Origin: Tubulanus polymorphus
Taxonomy: Eukaryota > Animalia > Nemertea
NCBI RefSeq assembly: GCF_964204645.1
Contig: NC_134030.1
Coordinates: forward strand, 10,747,947-10,811,946
Reading direction: 5' to 3'
DNA: 64,000 nt
The notes under the pieces are model-generated. The model was not told the origin of the DNA. It saw only the letters and a program-made list of their open reading frames with translations, and ran no database searches. This document shows, piece after piece, positions 1 through 11,110 of this stretch. The translations under genes were made by a program, and so were the position numbers. Within the stretch, counting starts at the first letter, position 1. Each line of letters opens with the position of its first letter.

Positions 1-158
1 TTTTTTGTTGTATGGCAAACAAACTACGATGTCAATCAAGTACGAAACCTCCCTAACCGAGATTGAATCCCGTGAAATTTTCTGGAAAATATCTGAAATT
101 TCGGGTTTTTCCATTCCTTAGATGAGCAGTGATACATGAGCCCGGTTAAATTTAAATG

Positions 159-276
159 CCTGGATCCAGTCCCAGAGTGCCGGATAAAATTCAATTCCAG
201 GGGTAGAGCATCGAAAATGAACTTCTGTAATTTAACTCGATATCTGAATGACTATGAATTGTAGAACTGGGTCCAG
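159..276. mobile_element. Short TIR MITE (Harbinger-like); family copies at about 20312-20425 and 23599-23715
   Basis: Termini CTGGATCCAGT...AACTGGGTCCAG; the same TIR pattern and size recur at the other two sites. Confidence 0.5.
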
Positions 277-961
277 TTACATACTTGGAAAATCGTACCC
301 GGGCAATGTGCAACTTGGTTCAGGGCTGAATTTTGTCGACTCGCAGTACTTTTTCTCATAGCTACGCCAACTTGTGGGCAACGGATGACAGATCCCTAGT
401 AGTTGCTTATGGCAGAGATGATGATTTAAAACAATTCAGAAATTCAGCGGTTCCAAAAAGCTCTATAGTTGAAAGCTCTCATACAATCAAACGCCGTAAA
501 GTCATCCCATTACTGAAGTCGGCTTCGCTTCTGAGACCAAATTTACATTTGCGATTCAAGTTACGAATAATAAGTAATCATTTGGCCAAGTCCGCCACAT
601 AGGATGATCCCAACTTCTAATACTTAAGTGAGTTTTACTGTATGTAGTAGATTACGGGGCCATACATTAGGTATGTACATGTACACGAATTCTGATATCC
701 AATTTAAGCGCTATGTCAATATAGAGCCTATAGGGGCCAATATTGGTACCGGTATTCACCCCATACCTCCCCAATAGATGGATACCTTTGTGCCTCTCCT
801 CCTCAATAGATGGGTGTGAACTAACTTTATGAATGGCCTACTGCCTACGAAAAAATCTATATTTTTCTATTGGACAAAATCTTAAATAACACTGGATGGA
901 AGACTGCTACCCTAATGCTGTAAATATCAAATGAAATGTGCATACACCGAATAAAGTGATA

Positions 962-1136
962 CAGTCAAACTGCTCGGTCTCAGTCATCATAACTGTAACC
1001 ATCATTATTTTGACTTATCCAAATGATGACTAGCACTTAGTCGTTTGAATCGGAAATGAAAAAATTTTTCTCAAAAATAGCAACGACTGCAGAGATGTGA
1101 AGGCCTATCTGATTACGACTAAGCCAGTTTAGACTG
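962..1136. mobile_element. Tc1/mariner-type MITE with TA target duplication
   Basis: TA-CAGTCAAACTG ... CAGTTTAGACTG-TA. Confidence 0.5.
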
Positions 1137-1202
1137 TAGAAACCTGGAGGGCCAGTTTAAAATAGACTACCGGTAGACTTCAACTATGAATGAGATAAAC
1201 TG

Positions 1203-1317
1203 CAGGGCTCGGTTTTATAGACTAGTATTATCTTTAACCCGGGGGCTAACTCAATTCATTATCAATAGAGTTAACCCCTGGGTTAAAGGTAATACCGGTC
1301 TATAAAAACAAGCCCTG
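1203..1317. mobile_element. Palindromic (hairpin) MITE; related copies at about 3281-3375 and 47607-47745
   Basis: CAGGGCTCGGTTTTATAGACTAGTATTATCTTTAACCCGGGGGCTAACTC pairs with GAGTTAACCCCTGGGTTAAAGGTAATACCGGTCTATAAAAACAAGCCCTG. Confidence 0.65.
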
Positions 1318-1730
1318 GGGGTCTAGTTGAAACCGGTCTATAAAACCGGGCCCGGATTATCAAATCCTCATTTCAACCGTAAATAAATGATTACTTAAAT
1401 CAGCCAACAACATTGATATCAAATAACATTCATTCTTATGTTATGATAATAATCACACGACTCATTGATAGGTCATTTACCTAATTCTTTTCCGATAAAC
1501 ATAAAATTTGATAAATAAAAAGTCAAAAACAACATCCGTAAGTTTTTTAGCGGTACAAAAAAAAACGAGAACACGAAATATCTAATCGTTTTGACGACAA
1601 CGCGGAGCATCTCGAAATCAACTGAAAGAAAAGTGGCATCACAGTTATCGAATTTTTCTTGAAAAAGCGAGTCAAATTTTCAGCCGTACCGGCCACGCGC
1701 GCCCACAATATTCAACGTTTATTGAACCTG

Positions 1731-4700
1731 TCAGGTTTGTTGCGTAGCCGCGTTAATGGCCGACGCGGACACCGCCGGGTTCGTCACGATTATATACGTC
1801 GGAGCGGCGACCGGTAGTCCGGCCGTCTGAGTCGAAACCAGTGTTTGTAAAACATTTTTAGTCGGCAGCAACGTCATCGGAGCGCCCACGCCGCCCCGGG
1901 TCGACCCGCTCGCGCCGTTACTCGTCAATCCGGCAATACCTTTCGTAGTGGTCACGTTGTTTATAACTAACGGCAGTTTATTGTTTATCGGCACGTTTAC
2001 GCACGGTCGCGGTGTCGTCTGCGGCACCGTTTCCATCGTTAGCGACATCGGCGACGAGACGGATACGCAATCGTCCTCCTCTCCGTCCATCGTTTCGCTA
2101 CCGGATTCTAACACTGGAATAGATACGACAAATGTCTGTTAGTGACATGACCAACCTTAATGGCTCACTTCAGATTTATCAGTTAGAACGACTAGAATGT
2201 GGCAGTGCCATACGATTTCACCGGGGCAAACATATCAGGAATGGGGCAAGACATTGAAGAAAGGTAAGAAACATATTGCATACGTCATAAACAGCACAGT
2301 TTACTAAATTGTTCATTTACCCTTTCAATGCAGGCTAATTAATACCCTATAGTGCTGAAGATAATTTGAAAATTCTGAAAAATTCCACCCTAGTGTGTTG
2401 AATAACGGGAATAGCACTATAGTGCGTCTACACCCTGGCGCGGTATATCGTTAGTTACTAATATTTCATTATGTTTGACAGGTGCTGCCATCTTTCTAGA
2501 GAGATAATTAGTAATTACTAATTAAATCAATACACCGCAGTGCGGTGTACTAGCAAAATCCATCACTGATTCGTACACTGCACTGCGGTGTAGACGCACT
2601 GAAAGGGATAATTTTGAATAAGAATTGTTGTTTCAAGTTTGGAATTAAGCTCTCCAGGCGACAGTGCACGTTAGATGAGTGAAATAAGAGATCTCCCTCC
2701 TCCAGTCGGGAGACAAGTTATCAGTAAATACGGTAAGCCTATCTAAATAAGATCTACAATCGAACGATCTTAAATCAATGAAAGTCCTTTTATAATTGCA
2801 CTTTCACCAAAACCATTGTTTATAATTTCATCTAGCGCATTGGAGTGACAAGCTTCACGAAAAGCAACATGTTTTTTAAGGTTTTTCTGTTGTGTCGGTT
2901 ACTGCCCCAATCAATGAATTTATGATTTTTCAACAGGAAAACCTGAGGATCCTTAGCAATGTTTACATTGTAAACCCTACCCAACCGACGGGGTTCCCGA
3001 CCAAAATTTATCACTACTTACAGCTATCGATGTTTAATTGTCCTGCAGCTTGTTGTTGGCGTGTTACTGGACAGTCTTTATGTGCGAGTAACATCGCTTT
3101 CAACTGCGATATTTCACTCTTTAAAACTGATATTTCTGCCTGTAAACAAATGATACAATCACCGTATGTACCTGTTGAAGTAGGTATGATTAGTCGATTG
3201 ATTTGTTTCGATTTAACGTCAAGTGTACGGTGTCGCTTAAAAACCCACCACAGTACAGATGTAGATGAATGGTCAGTCAACTAGTATTAACTCCAACCCA
3301 GGGTTAACTCAATTCAATGCCGATTAAGTTGACCCCAAGTTAATATCAGTACATGTATAGGCCTATAAAACTAGCTTTAAAATTCTAGATTGCTGGTTTG
3401 GCAAGAGTTAGATAATATCATTAATACTAATACGTACACTAAATACAGCAAACTCTGCTTAATACGGATCAGTTTAATCCAGATTTGATCTAATTCTAAT
3501 CTGGTATCATGATCCGAATTAATAATAATAATAATAATAATAATAATGTCACTTTTATATAGCGCCTGTTTCACTAATAATAATGTTCACCAGCGCTTTG
3601 TAAGGTAGTGGTGCTGAATTCACAGAGCATAGGCTTTGCAGAAAAGCAAATGTTTTACTCTCTGTTTGAAAGTGTTGATTTCAGTTATATTCCGTATATT
3701 AAGCAGGTTCACTGTGTGACAGACATATTCGAGTCATATACCTGTAGTCCTTGGTTGAATCCTTGGAGATCGTCAGACTTTTTCTCCAAGTTCGTTATCC
3801 AAGCTTTTCGTTTGTGGCGACACCGAGCCGCTGCCGCTCTGAAATAAAAATTGCAATTTCGAACAGTAGGCCCTTTTTTTCTTCCGGTAGAGCAGCAATC
3901 TGAATTCTATAGTCAATTCATTGATTCGTAAGACTTCTTTTTCTAAGCTGTTCAGCTCCATCTGGAGAGCACAGTTCACACCTATATGACATATTTCTAG
4001 TCTTGAAAAAGCGCCAAAAAACTCAATTGTGCGCTGAGATCTTATTCTATCTCGCATGCAGTTCCATCAAGATTTCAAAAAATTGCCAAAGATTCTTTTT
4101 CTCAAGTTGAATCAGAGAAAACAGAGTGAAAAGGGCTTCCATTTTATGAAATAAATCATGACAATACAATTGAATTATTTTGAAATAAATCATAACAATA
4201 CATTTCTAGTTCTACATATGACTAGAAACTGAAATCGTATTTTTCAAATAATCTAAATCATTGTTTGTAGGTATGGTACAATATTGTTGAAACTTATTTT
4301 GAAATTCACCTATGGAGGCTCGTCTCTGCTTCAAATGACCTTTTAGATCAATGCAGGACTAGTGGGCCAGAAAAATCAACGCTTAGGCCTGCATCAAAGG
4401 TTTTTGAGGTCATGTTCAGAAATTACTGAGGCTGTATTCGAAAAATTGAGCACAATATTGCAGAAATTCCAGAATAAACAGCTTAAAACTACCGGGTACC
4501 TGTTACGTTCAAGAAATTTGCGCCTCCTTTCATCGGGATCATCGGACTCAGTCATACGCTTTCGTTTCATGCTGTAATGATGAAAATAGTTGGTACAAAT
4601 ATGCCTGAACCCTGTTTATTATCAATGACCCCTTTAACCACGAGTGTTAAGCTCCTTCAACAATAACGTGTACCCTAGACTCCTAGTTAATAATCGGCAG

Positions 4701-7700
4701 ACCGTTTTTCAAATCAATCGTTGAAAACTTTTGACTTTTGTCAATAATGCTACGTGCTTTTCTTTCATCCTGACAATTGCTACTTCCGGTGCTGTTCTCT
4801 GATCCGTGACTATATTATACCGTATTTGTAAGTCCCAATGAATAGTTCCTTATGACTTCCTTATTCAATTGTATTTTCAATTTCGAGCACAAAAGCACGC
4901 AAAACTGGTGATGAAAACTGGAATTTTGCACGTGGAAGTTAAAAATGTTATTCTATTTAGCGGTTGTATTGCCTAATAAGATCGCTGATTTGGCGCTAAC
5001 CTGTGAATTTCCTCGAGGTCGTCTGTAAAATTGCTATCGATGCTGACGGATCGACTCGTCGTAGCCAAGTTGCCTCTACTGCCGTTCATTTCTGGTTTTA
5101 TAGATTTCACCACGTGACCGAGAAGACTGTGTTGAGCGTTCTGTACCAATGTAGCCTTCAATCGCTGCAATACGAAACTAATTCATAATCACGTTGTAAA
5201 TCGCGTATGTCAAATCATCTGATTCGTTACTGCGTTTTAAAACCTAAAACTGAACTTTCACCAGACATTTAAACTGAATTTTCCATGAGGATGTTTTAAA
5301 TGTTGCGTTGGATGAGTTACCACGTATGTCTTGTATATCATATTACGTAAACTGCATTGGAGCCTTTAATAATAATAACGTAGTTTCCAGCTATATGAAT
5401 TAAAAAAAACCTGTTTTTTCCTAAAATTCTCTAAGTATTTCATGGGTTCGACTTTTCAATTTTACCAAATGGAAAATTGAGCCTCCGTACAGGTGAATAT
5501 ACCATTATACTATGCGGACAACATTTTTGTGGTGATTCGTTGATAAAGGTGATTCTTAAGAAAGCTTCCCATAGGCAACCGATTAACACCCCAAATGTAT
5601 GTTATCTTGAAGTGTAGGGGATTTTGAACTAGTACAACATAGAATAAACCCATCCTGGACATAGTACAACATGAAAATGCACAACATCTAATTTTGGAAG
5701 AGAGTTTGCGGATTTGTTTGAGTTAGTGCGTTGATTGTCCAGTGCTGAATATCAGCACTGGACAATCAACGCACAATCAACTCACCTATCAAATAGGTTT
5801 ATAACACACCCAGTGCCCAGCCCAATAATGGAAATCATGCATAAATCAAACTAAATTGATTCTAAATCATAAGCCTCACGAAAAATGTCTCCGGTACAAT
5901 GCGGTACTGTATCTCGCATATCTACGTACCTGTTTCGTAAGAGCCGACGTGGAACTGGATACACTTCTAGCCGGTGATTTAGCACTCGTACCGGCGACGG
6001 TTGCCGTAGCGCCAGCTACCGAAGCCGGCGTCGTCGAACTGACCACTCCCGGTACCGCGTTCGCTGGGAAGCTGATCGGCATTGTTTGACCATTTGGTAA
6101 CTGTACCAACATCTGTACAGTATACGCGCCAGTATTCGCGTTCGACTTCTTTGTACTCGTTCTAAAAAATTACCGATAATAATTAAATTTTTACAATTTG
6201 CATGATCTCTGTCTCGACAAAAGGGGTAACCTCAGTAGGAAGGCATGGGTCCAGACCCCCAAAAACCCACCCCTGCAATGGGTGACTGGTGGATTAGGCA
6301 TGTTACTAATCCCCGAGACTGACCTTTGGATTTTTTTTAGGAATTTGCTGAAATTCAAGAGTTTTGATTCATTTCCTAAATTGAGAAGAAATTCGAGGTC
6401 CTGGGTGACCACTTTTATTTGACTTGCTTCTACCCCGACTTTGCCCCCAACTATTTCCTGACATGCAGGTTTTTTTTCTGACTCGGTCTGCTAAGAATCC
6501 AATCAATTAACACACTCAAAAACGTACGTACAACATAGACGAAAACCATTTGACTTTACACGCAATCTCAACAAATATCCCTGAACTTTTAGCTCTTTTT
6601 GTTGGAAAATTCCCAGCCTTTTTTGAATAAAAGGAAATTTTTTCCTGACTTTTTCCTGATATCCAGGTCGGTAAGTGGCAAGTCTGATATTTCATCGATT
6701 GACCGTTTTCAAGACACCACCCCTTTACGTTGTTACATTCCATTTCGCAACTATCTATACGTACATCGTTGGACTTTGATTCGTGATGCGATGTTGTTGT
6801 TTTTGAGGCGGAGGATTCGTCGGCGTTGTCGTCATAGTTTGAACCGGCGACGCTTCGATCGTCATTTGAACGGGCGACGCTTCGATCGTAAGATCGTTCG
6901 GCGTGGAAGATGAGGCGACTTCCGTCATCGGCCCTTCTTGAATCTCGACAGCGGCTGAAAATAAAACGCGCACGCAATACAGCACACAAAGTCACACGAA
7001 ATATTCGATCAGGTATCATTCTCTTACCGCTCCTTTTCAATTTAACATAACAATCTAGTGGTTCTAATATCAATAAACCTTATTTTAGATCGGTCATTCC
7101 TGGATATTATTCAAATTTTCAAGAAGTATCTGCATCACTTGATGTCCCAATTACCGTAGACTCTTCCTAAATCGGTACTGTTTTTCGCGGTGAACCATTA
7201 ATTCAGCAGTTTTGTAAGCAAATTTTTATTCTTTCCACTATATAAACTTGGTTTCTAATTTCGGTAATCATCTAATCGGGTAAAAAAAAAGTCTTAGTCC
7301 CTAAGGTACCGATTCAGGTGTAGTTTTCTGTACAACTACGAATATTTCTAATTGACATTTTTTGCTCAAATTAAGACTTTGTGATATTTACCCGGTAGGT
7401 AATGGGGCGAGAGTACCGATGTATTTTGAAGGCAGTTTATTACGAGGACTGAGACTTTTGTTGAGGTTGACAGAGTGGACTGCTGAAATATTTCTAATAT
7501 TTCAAATTAACTTCTTAGTCTTTCAACGATTGTGGGATTTTACATTCGCCACAATATAAGGCCACAATGGTACACATACCCTCCGATGTTGTAACAGTAA
7601 CGTCATCATCCGATGTAGTTGACGACGGCACTGGAGTTACCGACGGCACAGCCGGGGTCACGGGCAGGTCAACCGTAGGCGTGTCGATATCGTGAATCGT

Positions 7701-10700
7701 TATAGAGGGCAGATCAGTCGAATCAGCTGTAACTAAAGTGCGTATATGAGGGGTGGGCGTGTCCAGTATTTCTTGCGGTCCCTCGAGACTTGGACCTGGC
7801 AGGGGTACATGCTGAAATATACGTACACAACATACACGCATATTTTCATTTAAGATTTGATTGACCCTTTATACCCTTTATACATCTTCGCTTAATTTTC
7901 AGGTTTACATTTTGGTATCATTGTTTCCAAAAGAAGTTTCTCAATGAAACTGCTAGTATTTCTGTCTGTAAGTGCATATACTAAATACAAAATGGAGTAG
8001 CGAAGCAAGTGACAATGCAACCAATTAATTAATTGAAAACATCAGGGAACCAGGTTTAGAATGGTGTTAAATCACCATCTTCAACTTTAAGATTTTCCTA
8101 TGAGCCACTATATACACCGTTCAGTTACTAAAGGGTTAAAAATGTTCAGTTGACAACATAATCGTACGTACCTCTGCTGCTTTTTTAAATGCTTCCTCGA
8201 AAGGATTTTTACTCAGTTCCTGGAATAATCCGATTTCTTCGCAGTTTTTTAAGAACTTCGTCGGCGTCGGGGTCTGATCGGCTGCAAAATGAGGAATTAT
8301 CAATTAACATTTCTATCCTAAAGGTGAGATTGGTGAATATTTCACCTCTTTCAGTTTCTGCCTTTCTGGCAGAACATCTATCGTTATTACTGGGTTTATT
8401 TTTCTTCCATAAAAGAGTCTTCATAAAAAAAGATAAATTTCTGGCAGATCTTCGTGAAATTTCAAGGAGTGTTCACCACCTTAGGTCTATATGTCACAAA
8501 TTGCATGAAATTGCGTGAAATTTTTGATAGATAGGCCCCTCTGTTCATCCGAAAGGGGGCATTTTACATTTTCCAATAGTTTCATTTTTGGAATTTCAGT
8601 GTGACATCAGTGGGAAAGTGAACAACTTGAAGTTCATTTTTGTCATGCTCCCTTCCTAGGACCAACCATTGGGGCCATGGGGGGCCAAATATGGGAATTT
8701 TGATTTCCAAAATGAGATTTTTTGGCCCTAGCTCTTAAACCTTAACAGATCGAAGGGCGCCCTTGACAATTTGTAGTCTTTGAAAAGATGCTTCAAATGA
8801 TGTATAATTTGTACCCCCTCTAACTCTCTGCTAGCGCTTCCTAGAAATATAATTATTAATATGAAATCTTGAATTTTCTACTCCCCTTCGAAATAAACTC
8901 TGCAAGCATTTCTAACCGAATCTACAAATCCAACAAAGCCTAGACATGAAGTATGATTTTGATTTTCAATCAGAAACCCTTGACCCCTCATTGAGCTTCT
9001 GGTAATCACCTTGTCTGGTCAGTATAAAAACAAGGCCTCTTCAAGATCCTCTATTAATTCAAACATCCTCCCTGTGGGCAAGGATCTGAACCTTTGCTTC
9101 AGCCACATCATAAACCATATTCTATTCTAGTCCGGGTTTCAAACCTATTCATGCATAGGCCTATCGAGTACAACGGGTAAGATGATTTCGGCCGCACTTC
9201 AGCGTGAGGGCTAATCAAGCAGGGGCCGATTCAGCAGTAGAGTTTCAAATCTCTATGGAGCAAGGATGCAGCGATTGGGAAAAATTCTGTCAAGAAAATC
9301 ACTCTCGATCGGCACCCATAAGTTACGTCCTGTGATATACTTACCCACATACACATTAGTAATAGTATTTTTTGCGGTCGAAGCATTCAACGTGAGTTTC
9401 ATTTCATGTTTTTGTTTATGTACGGTCAGGTGATCTTCATTCGTAAACCGCTGAAAATGAAAAATAAAAGCACGATACAAGCAACAACCAACAAAATGTA
9501 GCTAAGGTAGAGCCAAAACCGCATGCTTTGCAGTGGAGTTCTGTTTAAGCCTTACCTGCCATACCTAGGTTCTTCAAAACAGTGGCCTTATGTTCCCTTG
9601 CATCATCAATTTTTTTATCAACGATGAAATTGCAATACTCTAAGATAGTACAATTCCTTGTTCCAATAGAAAAATGCCCCAAAAAATTCCTACATGGGCG
9701 AATCAATGGGAGGGGCAATTTTGATGGGGGGGGGGGGGGTTAACTGGGTATAATTTTGAAGGGACAGTTGATTGGGGGAACTTTCCTATAATCAGATGAG
9801 TCGCTGTTAAATGAGTCCCGTACCACAATCACATACATAGGCACTGCAAACTTGAATGAGTTTAATGCTATAAGTTACGAACTGGATGAAATGAGTTAAT
9901 TTAACCATGGCCTTTATTCAAACTATTTAAACTAGTTTATACGTCCTTGATTTAATCGACACGGTGAGTCACTGTCCAGATAGTCTGAATAACGAATGAT
10001 GTACGGGGGTTTCCATTCAACGCTCGACGCGAAAGCGCTGAATAGAGGTTGACAATCAAACCAGCGTTGTGGTGCAATATCAAACCTTTGTGAGCAAATG
10101 AACTAGAAAGTTGTTGGCCTTGAAAAAATGTTTTTCGCTAAGTCTATAACATTTATTCGGGCTTTCTGCCTATCGCGATTATGAGTTCTTGATTCGTTTT
10201 TCTTTTCAGGAAATTTCCCTGAGTCAATGAAGTCGGAACATATTTATTCAATATATCAAATTTAATTCTAAACTAAATTTTATATTTCTAAAATCAAATA
10301 AAACCTAAGAAGATAAAAATATTTCTCCATTATGTTCACCACAGTGAATAGTCCACTATTTGCATTTTGTTAGCCGATATCACAAATAACTGTCAATCGA
10401 CTTTGATTATCTTTTTTGTGCTGATTTTGTCACTTTTGGCCCCAATCGTCCATCTTGATTCGGGTTTTGCCAAATTTAGAGCCGCAGATACCACATGGAC
10501 ATTATAGGCCTAATCCAAATATCAAGGCGTGTAGATAAATTCACAAATAGAGTAGATTCTGTTTACAGATGGTCAAACGATGGATGAAAAGTGAATGCGG
10601 TAGCCAGCTGGGGCTTCACCCTAACGTCAATCCTGAATTATTCCGAATCTACCGCTTATTGATAAGAATTTTTGCATTCCGGTGATTTAGGCCAACATCT

Positions 10701-11110
10701 TATAAATTTGAAATCGAATTAAAATCTGCAAATAAGACATTGGCATCAATCCTAGTCCAAATCCGTCAACTTAACCGCAAACTGCCATGTTAAAGTTGAC
10801 TTCAACTGTTTTTGAGTAGGTTACAATCAAATGTTTTGAGTCACTATGGTACTTCAATCATCAATTTTGGGTTAAATGGCGGCATAGGTCTTCAAAGCCT
10901 TGTCCCTTAAAAAATCAGGGGACTAGAATCAACTTTATGTGAGCGCTTTTCACGCTAGGGTAGAAAATGTTTCGGAACGACTACTAGCTAGACGGTGAAC
11001 TTAACTGTCGAGGTGAACTGAAAGAAAGGAAATCTTACCATGCCACACCCGGGTGTCGGGCATGCAAACGGTTTATCATCGTCACCACCCATATCACTGA
11101 TCTTCAACAT
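1731..11110 (-). CDS. ATF2: Cyclic AMP-dependent transcription factor ATF-2/ATF-7/CREB5 family (C2H2 finger, MAPK-regulated activation domain, bZIP), about 591 aa
   Basis: Coding exons in transcript order: 11110-11039, 9450-9345, 8281-8172, 7811-7580, 6954-6765, 6161-5930, 5164-5001, 4571-4500, 3838-3742, 3139-3022, 2113-1731. All introns are GT-AG with matching phases; total 1776 nt. Translation gives DDKPFACPTPGCGMRFTNEDHLTVHKQKHEM (C2H2), ADQTPTPTKFLKNCEEIGLFQEL (JNK/p38 TPTP sites), LPNGQTMP, DDPDERRRKFLERNRAAAARCRHKRKAW and LKAMLLAHKDCPVT, all hallmark ATF2-family motifs. Orthology to one specific vertebrate paralog cannot be resolved. Confidence 0.95.
2421..2608. mobile_element. piggyBac-like MITE; second copy at about 20125-20302
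   Basis: About 180 bp shared with 20125-20302. Inverted termini AGTGCGTCTACACC/GGTGTAGACGCACT; the second copy ends GCACTGAAGGGGTTAA (TTAA target). A similar TTAACCC...GGGTTAA element lies at about 46754-46991. Confidence 0.6.
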
